IMG/VR virus record: IMGVR_UViG_3300042564_005954 | Location: 1-62,553 of that record | DNA: 62,553 nucleotides | Reading direction: 5' to 3' (one strand) | Origin: a virus | Lineage: Duplodnaviria > Caudoviricetes | Shown: piece by piece, positions 36,644-47,303 of the stretch | How positions within the stretch are numbered: position 1 is the stretch's first letter | How the letters are laid out: every line of letters starts with the position of its first letter | Program-made: the position numbers and the translations under genes | Notes under the pieces: model-generated | What the model was told of the DNA's origin: nothing | Database searches by the model: none | Seen by the model: only the letters and a program-made list of their open reading frames with translations

Positions 36644-38758
36644 ATGGCAACATCACCTTTAATAAAAACACCGCAAGTAGATGGCGGTACATTTTATACA
36701 TTTTCATCTTCTGCTAGGGATTTATCTAAGACTCTCAATAACGAGAATCTTAGATTTGTCTTTTCTAAGTTTGTGCTTTTAAATATACCTGATTTTGATA
36801 GATTAGATCCTAACACATTTTCTAATTTTCAAAACTATATGCAGTTTGATACTATTGATGGTATGATTGCAAGTGGAGGTTTAAAAGGTGATCCTAATGT
36901 TAATTGGACGGAAAGCTTACAAAATTATGCTCTTAATATTGAGGAACTTATTATAAGTGATCCTGCATATGATAACACGACTAATCGTTCAGTTTCAGAA
37001 AGAGTATTTTTTAAATGGCTTAAAGAAACTGGTGCTATAAGATTTAGAAATGCAACAAATCTTGAAAAGAACCAAGGTGTAGTTAGACCTCTTTTTGTTG
37101 AAGAAGATGAAAAAACTACAGGGACTACTCAGTACAGAAGAGTTGTAAAATATATAGGTGAAATAGACATCGTAAATAATGTAGATAAGGCCGGAGAAGC
37201 TTATACGGAATTATATATTAATGTGCCAACAGAAGTGGGTGGTACTCCTACTATACTCTTTGATGCAGTTGTAGATAATAATTATCAACCAAGTTTAAAA
37301 ATACAAGGTACTAGTGAATTTATATTAGGTAGAAATACTGCAACTATTCATCCACAAGGTTTAAGTATAAATGCCTTTTACGATTATGACCAAGCTCTGT
37401 TAGGTCCTGGTCCTGCAGGTTATACTGATCCTAATGCAAATTGGATGAATGAATCTACTCCTCCTACTACCACAGATTCATATTTTACTGAACCTACATC
37501 TTTCATAGATCCTACTAATGTTAATATAAGAAAATATCCTGCGGATTATGGCAATCCAATAGGTTTTACTGGTGTTGCTTATGTTAGATCAAGTCTTGAT
37601 GGAATTAGCGTTGATTTTAATGCAACAGATTACCAACAAATTGTAAGTGATCCTACTATATCTACTATACAACAATTTAACGGAATACCTCTTGCATCAA
37701 CTTTTGAATTTAATGCAGTTCTTGTTTACTACGATCTTGTTGATTTAAGTAACCAAGCAAATAATGCAACTAATCTATATGGTATACTTATTCTTGATAA
37801 TATTACACCTACTATAGATGGTGGATTTATACAGAGATATCCTAAATATAAGCCTAATCGTGTAACAGGACAAAATGGTAATAGTTATGGATTTAAAATA
37901 AATTTAAGATTTGATGCATCACCTGGTACATCAGGTATAGATACAATTGTGAATGATTATAACACATTCTCTATGGGTCTCTTTGCTGATGCAACTGCTC
38001 AATTACAAGAATCTGTTAAAATATTCACAAGACAACAAATAGAAATTTCTGAAATTAACCAGAGATTAACGGGACTTGAAAACAGAGGAGATTCTGTTAG
38101 TACTATTTCTTCTTTACAGCAACAAATAACGAGTGTACAAAATCAAGTTAATAACGCTTCACTTGCATTTGCTAACCAAACTACTCTTTTAGATCTTATT
38201 GCTAAAAATGCAGATGATATACAAGCATTAGCAAATGGACAAGTTACAACAACTCTTCAGTATAACACAAGTGTAATTAGAAGAGGGGCTGGAATTGAAA
38301 TTAATACAAATACACCTAATCAAATACAAATATCACAAACTACGCAGGCATATTCATTTATGGTTCCTAAAAATAACAGTGGTATTGAAATTAACTCTAC
38401 GAATCCTATTAATATTAATGTTGCAACCCCTAGTATATTTGCAGAACTTAGAAATTTTACAAATATGTTAAGACTTGACACCGTTAATCAAGCTGGCGGT
38501 GATATTTTAATTTACATAGATGATACTGCTATTCAGTTTAAAACTGGACAAGTAATAAGATTAACATTTAATAATAACTTAAATATAGGTTCAAGAAATA
38601 TAAGAGTTTATACGGATGCTCCTAATAGACTTAACGGAGGAAGTTACGGTAAATTAATAGCAAATATAACAAATGATCAAATAAGTACTAGACCTATTGT
38701 AGATATTATTTGTACTGAACAAGGAGTACTTAACTTTGTATATGATGTTATTAAATAA
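36644..38758 (+). CDS. Virion structural protein with coiled coil
   Basis: 704 aa in the tail cluster; Gln-rich heptads near aa 450-530. Confidence 0.55.
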   Translation: MATSPLIKTPQVDGGTFYTFSSSARDLSKTLNNENLRFVFSKFVLLNIPDFDRLDPNTFSNFQNYMQFDTIDGMIASGGLKGDPNVNWTESLQNYALNIEELIISDPAYDNTTNRSVSERVFFKWLKETGAIRFRNATNLEKNQGVVRPLFVEEDEKTTGTTQYRRVVKYIGEIDIVNNVDKAGEAYTELYINVPTEVGGTPTILFDAVVDNNYQPSLKIQGTSEFILGRNTATIHPQGLSINAFYDYDQALLGPGPAGYTDPNANWMNESTPPTTTDSYFTEPTSFIDPTNVNIRKYPADYGNPIGFTGVAYVRSSLDGISVDFNATDYQQIVSDPTISTIQQFNGIPLASTFEFNAVLVYYDLVDLSNQANNATNLYGILILDNITPTIDGGFIQRYPKYKPNRVTGQNGNSYGFKINLRFDASPGTSGIDTIVNDYNTFSMGLFADATAQLQESVKIFTRQQIEISEINQRLTGLENRGDSVSTISSLQQQITSVQNQVNNASLAFANQTTLLDLIAKNADDIQALANGQVTTTLQYNTSVIRRGAGIEINTNTPNQIQISQTTQAYSFMVPKNNSGIEINSTNPININVATPSIFAELRNFTNMLRLDTVNQAGGDILIYIDDTAIQFKTGQVIRLTFNNNLNIGSRNIRVYTDAPNRLNGGSYGKLIANITNDQISTRPIVDIICTEQGVLNFVYDVIK

Positions 38759-38778
38759 ATATAAAAAGCAAAAGCATA

Positions 38779-41700
38779 ATGGCTGAAAATAATTCAATTT
38801 CAACTCTTTTACCTCAATTACTTAGACTTTTCAATAATTCTTTAGAAGGATTTGAAAAGGTTAACGAAGCAATAACTTCAAGTAAAGAGTCTGTTACTAT
38901 TGATGTACAAAATGAAGATGGTACTATACAAAGATTAACAATACCTAGTTTTGGTTATCTTAAGAATACTGTTGATAGACTTAACAAAAATTTTCAGACA
39001 TTAACTAATATAGGCGGTGGTGATAGTTCAGTTAGACTTGCTGATGGAACATTTAGAAAACTTGTTCTTGCAAAATTGCCTACAGAAGCCAGTGATATAA
39101 CTTCTCTTAATTCAATAAATGAATTTAGTGTAAAACCTAATTGGTTCTTTGAAGAACTTATTAATCCACTTCTTTATGTAAAATTTGATATAACTGGTCA
39201 AGCTCCTATTACAACAGAACAAGCAATAGTAAGAAGATATATTCTTGATACAGTTTCTCAAAGTCAAATTAATTATTTTAATTCTGAACTTAACGGTAGA
39301 AACGATATTAATTTTGATGATTTTTTACAAAACATTGTAGATAGAAACATTTCATATGTTCTTGATGAAGCTGTTGTAGATGTACCACCTAGAGAAAAAA
39401 GATACTCTGGTAATTTTAGTGTAATAAGAATTTCAACAGTTGATGTAACTGAAGAAATTAATGGTGTTTCGGTTACTACACAAAAGAAGCTTTACAAATT
39501 AAATAAACTTAATTACACTGATGTTGATGCACAGTTTCCTGATACAATAAGTCTTAAAGTTGGAGATAGCCTAGATGTTATTTCAGATCCTATTGATACA
39601 AGATATGTTGTCAAGCAAGTTGATAGCAGTACAAATTCTGTTGTGCTTGAACTCATTGAAGGTTCTAAAGGAATTCCTATTGGAGCAGATGTTTTAAAAA
39701 TTGGAGCAAATCAATCAGATCAACTTTTTGTTGATGTAACTGTAGGATTTAATGAAAGATGTGTTACATTTATAAAAACAGTAGATCCTAATTCAAGAAT
39801 ACCTGCAGTTAATTGGTCTCCAGGCAGTGCATTTTTTACAAGTGATCTTATAACTATTAATACTGAAGGCACACAACAAACATTAGCTGAATTCTATAAA
39901 GACACTGCTTTAGATTTTGGTAGGTATCTTTTATCTTTTGCCAAAGATAAGTACATTACAACAGCAGAAGGTGTTGTACCTAATGCACCAACTTTAAACA
40001 CAAGTGACTTTTCAGTTAAACTTATTAATGCTCAATTAACAAATTCAAATGCAATAGTACAATTACAAGACTTAAATAATCAAAAGTTAACTCTTGAGTC
40101 TTCTATTAAAGAATTGGATTCTGCTATAGCAAAGAAAAAGACAAAAATACAAACAACTAATTATGCAACTGAGGTTGAAAGAGATGCTGATAAAAATGCT
40201 CTTCAAGGTCTTATCACTGATCGATCAACTCAATCAGAACTTTATTCTTCCGTTGTAAAGGAAATAGATGCAAAGGGAAAGGACAGTTCAGTTGCAAGTA
40301 TTCTTCCTAAATATAGAGTAAGAGGATTTTGGCCTTTGCCTGAAGAAAAATCTACCCCTGAAACAGGTCCTCAAAAAATAGTAAAATTTGTTGTAAGATA
40401 TCGTTATCTTTCAGAAGATGGTGCTGCAAATCCTGTTGATCAGTTTACCTATGTTGATGGAACTGGACAAAGTCAAGGTGCATTTTCAAATTATGTAGAA
40501 GTTGAAAGTGTTGTCAGACCAAGAATTAAAAATAACATAACAGGTAAATATGAATGGGCTCCTATTAATGATAGTGATGCAAATGCAATTAATATAAATC
40601 AACTTGATATTCCTATTTCAAAGGGTGAACAGGTTGAAATACAAGTTAAAACAGTCTCTGAGGCAGGTTGGCCATCCAATCCGTTGGAAAGTATTTACTC
40701 TGCTCCTGTTAGAATTTCGTTTCCAGCAAACCTAAGTTCAGATAGTGTTGTAGAATCAATTCTTGAACAAAATAGAGAAGATCTTGCAAAAGTAAATCTT
40801 GAAAGTGATCTAAATGCAAAAGGCATTGATCAACACCTTGCAAGTTCATTTATAGCAAATTCTAATTATTTTGCACATAGTGCAAGTTTTATTGCATCAG
40901 GATTTTTATCCGATAATCAAACACCGATTGACTTATTTACAAAGTTAAGTCAAATACAGGCTCAGCTTAATGAGTTTAACGAAATACTTAAACGTGCAAG
41001 TGGCGAACTAGTTGTAAATCTCGTAGACGATTTAGGAAATGTTATAAAGTTAGCAAGAAATTCAGTAACAAAGGTTTTTGCAGGTTTTTATTCTCAACAA
41101 GTTAAAGATCTTGATGATCCTAGAGGTGCAATTATTTCTAAAACATATTTTGTAAATTTAGCAAATAGTAATCAAACAGGTTTACAACTTATTGCAAGAG
41201 TTGCAGGAAGTCGCGGTAGAATGGTTAAGCAATCAGAAAATCCAAATGCTACATCTGCTGAAATTGCTAATGGTTCAGTTATTTTACCTGCTACGTATTC
41301 ATGGCTTAATAATAGTTACTTAAATCAAAGTGACGGAAGACAAACATTTAATACAAATGATTCTGATTATAACATAATTAGAAAATACGATCTTACACCT
41401 ATAAGTCTTTCTAATCCTGATGTTATAACAGGTGAAAACTATGGACAAATTAAATCGTTTCCTCCTTTTCAATCAACTCAAAACAAAAATCAGTTTATTT
41501 ATTGCAGATTTAAAGATGTCTCATCTGAAGACGTTTTTTATAATTATATAAATCCAGATTTTGATGAAGGTATTACTTCAGCAGTTAGATACACAATTAA
41601 TCTTGACACAGCAGAAAACTTTTATAGTAGACCTTCTCAACAAACTGCATCTTCTGGTTTTATTTGGGGCGGAGGTTTTGACAATGCAGGATTACCTACA

Positions 41701-42627
41701 TTAGCAACAGGATACGTTCTTCCTGCAAATGATCAAGCAGTTGATGTACAAATAACTCATCCTTTTTTACAAAATTACGCAGCATATAGAAATGCTTATA
41801 TAGCATTAACAGGTGATACTACAACATTACCAGTAGGTGTTGGTGCAGGTGTTGATTGTACAGGTGCAGGTAATGATACTGCATCAATTTTATTTAGACA
41901 ATCAAAATTTGCACCATTAACAATTGATAAACCAAAAGGAAAACAACAGGCTATTTACTTAAATGAAAATCTTGTAGATCTTACATCATTTTCAGCAAGT
42001 AATCCAATTTCATTTAATTTTAACGGTGTAACAACAAGTCAAAATTTACAAGCAAGTCCAAGTCTTACCGCGATTGCAAATTTATCAACGGTTGATTATG
42101 AAAGAAATGTAAAAAATTCATTTGATACATTTGATCAATATCTTTTAGGTAAGCAATCATGTGGATCTTATCTTTTCTTATCATCTGATGATCATAAAAA
42201 TATTCAAGTTGATGGAGATTCAATACAATCTACAAAACTTATTCAATTTGGAAGTTCAAATTCTATAAACGTTCCTCTTGTTTTCCAATACAGAATGACT
42301 GATTACTACGGAGCTGGAGATGGTACTTCTGGCGGATTAGGTAATGTTGGTGGAGATGTTACTGGAGCAATAACAAATTTAACATACTCTAAAAAAATAG
42401 GTATCGACATATATCCTAATGGAACTGATGTTTATCAATACGATATAGAGGTTTCTTCAAAATATAGATCTGATAATCTTAACCTAGATGTATTTCCATC
42501 TGCAAGTGTATCTACAAGTTTAGGCGATTTGGAGAGAGTACTTAATACACTTAATCCTAGCGTAACTGAAACTAAGGTTAATCAGGCAGTTAATACTGGT
42601 AATACATCAGGATTAAACATAGGTTAA
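38779..42627 (+). CDS. Large virion structural protein
   Basis: 1282 aa, beta-rich with internal coiled coil; AATAAATA box at 38754. Confidence 0.55.
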   Translation: MAENNSISTLLPQLLRLFNNSLEGFEKVNEAITSSKESVTIDVQNEDGTIQRLTIPSFGYLKNTVDRLNKNFQTLTNIGGGDSSVRLADGTFRKLVLAKLPTEASDITSLNSINEFSVKPNWFFEELINPLLYVKFDITGQAPITTEQAIVRRYILDTVSQSQINYFNSELNGRNDINFDDFLQNIVDRNISYVLDEAVVDVPPREKRYSGNFSVIRISTVDVTEEINGVSVTTQKKLYKLNKLNYTDVDAQFPDTISLKVGDSLDVISDPIDTRYVVKQVDSSTNSVVLELIEGSKGIPIGADVLKIGANQSDQLFVDVTVGFNERCVTFIKTVDPNSRIPAVNWSPGSAFFTSDLITINTEGTQQTLAEFYKDTALDFGRYLLSFAKDKYITTAEGVVPNAPTLNTSDFSVKLINAQLTNSNAIVQLQDLNNQKLTLESSIKELDSAIAKKKTKIQTTNYATEVERDADKNALQGLITDRSTQSELYSSVVKEIDAKGKDSSVASILPKYRVRGFWPLPEEKSTPETGPQKIVKFVVRYRYLSEDGAANPVDQFTYVDGTGQSQGAFSNYVEVESVVRPRIKNNITGKYEWAPINDSDANAININQLDIPISKGEQVEIQVKTVSEAGWPSNPLESIYSAPVRISFPANLSSDSVVESILEQNREDLAKVNLESDLNAKGIDQHLASSFIANSNYFAHSASFIASGFLSDNQTPIDLFTKLSQIQAQLNEFNEILKRASGELVVNLVDDLGNVIKLARNSVTKVFAGFYSQQVKDLDDPRGAIISKTYFVNLANSNQTGLQLIARVAGSRGRMVKQSENPNATSAEIANGSVILPATYSWLNNSYLNQSDGRQTFNTNDSDYNIIRKYDLTPISLSNPDVITGENYGQIKSFPPFQSTQNKNQFIYCRFKDVSSEDVFYNYINPDFDEGITSAVRYTINLDTAENFYSRPSQQTASSGFIWGGGFDNAGLPTLATGYVLPANDQAVDVQITHPFLQNYAAYRNAYIALTGDTTTLPVGVGAGVDCTGAGNDTASILFRQSKFAPLTIDKPKGKQQAIYLNENLVDLTSFSASNPISFNFNGVTTSQNLQASPSLTAIANLSTVDYERNVKNSFDTFDQYLLGKQSCGSYLFLSSDDHKNIQVDGDSIQSTKLIQFGSSNSINVPLVFQYRMTDYYGAGDGTSGGLGNVGGDVTGAITNLTYSKKIGIDIYPNGTDVYQYDIEVSSKYRSDNLNLDVFPSASVSTSLGDLERVLNTLNPSVTETKVNQAVNTGNTSGLNIG

Positions 42628-42669
42628 TATAATAGCTTTGTTAAGAATAAATAAAAAAAGTAAAGATAA

Positions 42670-45600
42670 ATGGTCGAGAAATTACTTGACAAAGCATCAT
42701 ATAGTCTTGTTCGTACAAATCCTAAACTTACAGCAAATGTTAAATTAATAAGTAATGGTAATGACATTTACCTAGAATCTTTTAGTGCTAATAATGCGCT
42801 GTCGTCTTCTTCTTTTAAAGCATTTAAAGTTGATGAATCTTCAACATATGATCAAGATGTTTTTAGGTTTTTTCAAAAAGGTAAATTTCCTATTGACTTA
42901 GCATTTGAAGTATTTCAAGAATTTAGTGATACTTCAGTTCTTAATTCATACAATAATCAGTATGAAATGTTTTATAGTGCAGGGGCTAGATCAATTAATT
43001 CTGAGGTTTATACTGAAGATTTAGGAATTCTTGCACCTCTTTGGTTAGATGAACAAATACCTAATTATTTTGTTATTTTCAGACTGGACAATCCTGCTGC
43101 AGTAAATAATCTTTATGCTTCTTTTGCAAATGAAAATGCAGAATTGGCACAAACTTCAGTAGATTTTGTTCAAAATGTTTTAGAAAATTGTACAGCAATA
43201 AAAACATTTGATTTAACAACTGCATCTCCTTTAGGAAGATATATTAGAAATTACAGAAATCAAGAATCATTTCCAAAGGCTTCTCTATTTACAACCTGGA
43301 GAAATGATCAGCCTTTTCTTTGGAATGGTATATCTTATTATGGTGGAGGATTTACATCTAGTGGTAATTTTGTTTATGATGATCTTGTAACAAAAGATGC
43401 AACAATTATACAAAATGAATATTACGTAACACAAGGTTTTCAAAGAAATGGTGTTATACTTGCAAATTTATTAAACCTTGAGTTTCTTTTTACTGATGAT
43501 TATGCAAGTGATTATTCAGTAAATAGATACTTTGGACTTTATGTTAATGAAGTAGAAGAAGGACTGTTTGATATATCTGGAACTTCATTTTATAAAAATT
43601 CAGAAAAATCACAACTACCAAAAATAAAGTCAGATAAAGAAGTTTCAGAACTTCTTAACACAACATTTGAATTAACAAATCCAAATGGCATTGTTCTCTA
43701 TCTTGATCCTTCTAAAGTTACAACATCTACTGGGTTACCTACACCACAGAGAGTTTCAGAAGTAGAGTCAATCTTTTATGTAAAAGATAAAACAGGTTCA
43801 TTTCATACAGTTAAGAAAGGCTCAACATGGGGTAATAACCAAATAAGACTTTTTGATACGAAAGTTGATATTTCACTTTTTGCAGGCTTTAAACAACCTG
43901 ATACATTTGCAGATGCAACCGTTTTAAGTAGAAAGGGATATGCACTGTCTAGTTTTAAAGTGTTAGGTGAAGTTCCAGATGGAGCAAAGATAACATTTTA
44001 TGACGGTGTAACTTATGTAGGAGAAATTTCTGCAAATCTTTCATTAACAAATGGTCCAGGTACAAGCAGTTTTCAATTTTTTAATCCAACAGGAACATCG
44101 CAAGAAATAGTAAAAGCAATGACATCTGCTCTTAATATAGGTATACCTGAAAATAAAAGATTTTTTACAGGATCATATAATAATGATGTACTTTACGTTA
44201 AAAGTAGATTTGCTGGTACACGTTTTAACAGATTAAATTTTACAATTGATTGGGACACATATCCTGATATTAACATTCAAAGTTTCCCTGAAACATCTGA
44301 ACTAATAACAAATGCAAATTTTGTAGGAGGTAATGACAAACCTAATAGTATTCTTAAAGTAAATGCTGGAGATCAAGAAAGATTTACGTTAGGTAACTAT
44401 GTACAAACAAAGGGAGGTTTTACTGTAATATTAGGATCTACTCCTTATTTAGATGAGCCTATATTTGATCCGTTTGGTACAATAATAGGTTATACTGATA
44501 TTGATAAATATGCAATTATAACACTTAATGACGATCAGGTACAAGTAACAAGAAATGGACAAGTTGCACTTTATTCTGATTATAGGCCTTCATTTGGTAG
44601 ATTTTCATTTTTTCCAGTAAGAGATTTTGATTTTGATTTTTATAGTACACAATATAGTCAATTAGGTGAACTTAACTATGAGATTGAATATTATAACCAA
44701 ACAATACCTGGAAGTGTTCCTCCAATTTATACAGGTATAAGTAGCAATCCTGACATTAGATCATTTTTTACAAACGGAGGATTTTCTAATCTTGTTGGTC
44801 TTATAAGAGAAACTGATGTTAACCAAAGTCAAAATCTTTTAGTAACATCTGAATACCAAAGATTAGAAGAAAACTATTTAAAAGAACAAGCAATTGCTTC
44901 AAGAGTAATACCTTACATAAATAAATGGTCTTACTATAATGATGGCAAAGACGTAAGAAATAATCCTTATCGTTTTGATTTAAGCGAATCTTTTGGCAGA
45001 TATAATTTTGCACCTTCTAAATGGACAGTAGGTCAAAATCCTGAAGGCTTTACACATGAATGGTTTTATCTTTGTGAATTTCCTGAATACTTTACGCAAG
45101 AAGCAATTGAGAGTTCATGGAGTTATATTGATGTTGCACCATTTGATACAATAGAAGAAAATCCTTTTACAAATACAGCATACACGCCTGGAACATTTCA
45201 AAATGTTACTACAAATAATTTTGATAAGTATTTTATTATTGATAAATTTGAAACAGGTGGCATAACTTTAATTGACAGACAATTAAGATATGGTAGATTT
45301 TCAGGTGGAGATTCTGAAAATTATGCAGAATCATTTTTAAGAGGTGTTAGAATAATAGCAAAATCAAAATCAAAATTTGATCAATTTATAAACTTTAATG
45401 CTAGTAAAATAGCATATGTAAAAAATGGAGATTTTAATGATTACAAATTTTCTGTTATCTTAATACCTAATAATCCTGTCAAGCCTGAACAACAGATAAA
45501 ATTTGTTAAAAATGAAAAGTGGAAAACAATTACCATGATGGTTTTTGTTACAATTGAAAATGATTGTGTAACATTTGGTAAACAGTCTATAGATAGAACT

Positions 45601-47295
45601 TCTCTTTATTCTTTAGAAAGTAATTTTATAACTAACCAAGATTGTTCTCCTCTTATAACAACTGAATCTTCTTATCAATATTCAAATGGAAAAATGCAAG
45701 GTAGTATATCATTTACTTCTTCTTCATTTGATACCACCATAGGTCTTTATACTATCCAAGGACTTCCTGATATAAATGGAATACCTACTGATTTTATTAA
45801 TGATATACAAGTTGGGTATGATGGTAATTATACTCCAATAGAATTTCAAATTGATGGAGATACTTATAAAATAGAAGGTATCGCAAGAGTACTTACAACA
45901 AATGTTTTATTAGCATCTACGATATTAAAAAATGGTGTTCCTTATAGTTTACCTAATCCCTTTCCATCAGCTAGTAAATTAAGATCTGCTACTTATAATG
46001 TAGTAGGTGGTGGCTACAGAGAATTTTCTTATAGAATGAGTTATGTTGGTTTTGCATCAATATTTAATGCGGTAAATCAAGGAGATCCTAATATTGTATA
46101 TGAAACCGTTTTGGAAAATGGACAAAGAGCATTAAACAGTGATGGAACATTTGCACAAACTTTTTCTATAGAATTAAGATCACAAGATGATATTCTTAAA
46201 TCGGTGTACTTAGGAGTTTTACCTGATCCTAATAAACCTACTGCCTTTAACCTAACTGATGTTATAGGTTACAATCTTTCTTTGCAAAAGGTTCCTAGGG
46301 TAACACCCATTGCTAGACATAGTGGATATTATGAACCACTTTCTTATGATCTTTTTAAATTTAGAGATCCTTATCTTAATGTTGATTTTAATGGAAATGT
46401 AACAGGATCATTTACAGGTTCTACAGGAGGCGGTTTTATTCCTGATCAAGAATATAAAGAAAAGGTTTTAGCATTAACAAGATATGCAAATACACAATTT
46501 TATAGCCAAGATGTTTTATTTGGTCAAATAAAAAACCTATTTTACCATAAAGTAAATCAAGAAGACCCTTCAACAATATTAGAGCTTTCTAATAATAGTG
46601 CATATAAAAGTCTTTATCCACTTATTAATGAAGTAGGTATTTTAAGTAGAAATTTTTATACGTTTTCTTCTAATTGGGAACCTGGTTATTTTGTAAAAAG
46701 CATTGATAAAACTGCAATCGCTGAAGTGATAGGTACAAGATCAATGTTAGAAAAGAAATCATTCTTTGGTTCAAAATATCTAAAGGTGCCACAACAAATA
46801 ACATTACAGACATTTACTCCTAGCGAATTTCAAAAAGCTGCTATAAATCAACCTAGTCTTATTGGTGGAAATTTTATGGTTAATGAAACATCTTCTACTC
46901 TTGACTTTTACTTATTTATACAAAAAAGACTTATAGAAATTTTGTTTAATCCTATAAAGGAAACATTTCAAAAATATATTAATCCTCTTTATAGTTTTGG
47001 TAGTGAACAAACAATTGATGATGATGTAACAGAATACATTACACAAAATATATTGCAATTATATAAAGTACAAAATGTAGAACTTTACGTAAGAAACACA
47101 AGACAACCTATAGGAAATATTTACACAACAGCTGAATTAAATAATAGTGATAAATTAGCAGCAGGTCTTAATCCTACAGGTTCTTTTTCTTCAAAAATTC
47201 TTAATACTAATCCATTTGATTTAAGGTTAATATATAATAAAAATGCAGGATTTTCAGAATCTTTTGGATTTAGCATAACTATAGTTAAAAAATAA
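42670..47295 (+). CDS. Large virion structural protein
   Basis: 1541 aa in the tail cluster; AATAAATA box at 42646. Confidence 0.55.
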   Translation: MVEKLLDKASYSLVRTNPKLTANVKLISNGNDIYLESFSANNALSSSSFKAFKVDESSTYDQDVFRFFQKGKFPIDLAFEVFQEFSDTSVLNSYNNQYEMFYSAGARSINSEVYTEDLGILAPLWLDEQIPNYFVIFRLDNPAAVNNLYASFANENAELAQTSVDFVQNVLENCTAIKTFDLTTASPLGRYIRNYRNQESFPKASLFTTWRNDQPFLWNGISYYGGGFTSSGNFVYDDLVTKDATIIQNEYYVTQGFQRNGVILANLLNLEFLFTDDYASDYSVNRYFGLYVNEVEEGLFDISGTSFYKNSEKSQLPKIKSDKEVSELLNTTFELTNPNGIVLYLDPSKVTTSTGLPTPQRVSEVESIFYVKDKTGSFHTVKKGSTWGNNQIRLFDTKVDISLFAGFKQPDTFADATVLSRKGYALSSFKVLGEVPDGAKITFYDGVTYVGEISANLSLTNGPGTSSFQFFNPTGTSQEIVKAMTSALNIGIPENKRFFTGSYNNDVLYVKSRFAGTRFNRLNFTIDWDTYPDINIQSFPETSELITNANFVGGNDKPNSILKVNAGDQERFTLGNYVQTKGGFTVILGSTPYLDEPIFDPFGTIIGYTDIDKYAIITLNDDQVQVTRNGQVALYSDYRPSFGRFSFFPVRDFDFDFYSTQYSQLGELNYEIEYYNQTIPGSVPPIYTGISSNPDIRSFFTNGGFSNLVGLIRETDVNQSQNLLVTSEYQRLEENYLKEQAIASRVIPYINKWSYYNDGKDVRNNPYRFDLSESFGRYNFAPSKWTVGQNPEGFTHEWFYLCEFPEYFTQEAIESSWSYIDVAPFDTIEENPFTNTAYTPGTFQNVTTNNFDKYFIIDKFETGGITLIDRQLRYGRFSGGDSENYAESFLRGVRIIAKSKSKFDQFINFNASKIAYVKNGDFNDYKFSVILIPNNPVKPEQQIKFVKNEKWKTITMMVFVTIENDCVTFGKQSIDRTSLYSLESNFITNQDCSPLITTESSYQYSNGKMQGSISFTSSSFDTTIGLYTIQGLPDINGIPTDFINDIQVGYDGNYTPIEFQIDGDTYKIEGIARVLTTNVLLASTILKNGVPYSLPNPFPSASKLRSATYNVVGGGYREFSYRMSYVGFASIFNAVNQGDPNIVYETVLENGQRALNSDGTFAQTFSIELRSQDDILKSVYLGVLPDPNKPTAFNLTDVIGYNLSLQKVPRVTPIARHSGYYEPLSYDLFKFRDPYLNVDFNGNVTGSFTGSTGGGFIPDQEYKEKVLALTRYANTQFYSQDVLFGQIKNLFYHKVNQEDPSTILELSNNSAYKSLYPLINEVGILSRNFYTFSSNWEPGYFVKSIDKTAIAEVIGTRSMLEKKSFFGSKYLKVPQQITLQTFTPSEFQKAAINQPSLIGGNFMVNETSSTLDFYLFIQKRLIEILFNPIKETFQKYINPLYSFGSEQTIDDDVTEYITQNILQLYKVQNVELYVRNTRQPIGNIYTTAELNNSDKLAAGLNPTGSFSSKILNTNPFDLRLIYNKNAGFSESFGFSITIVKK

Positions 47296-47303
47296 AATAA
47301 GAG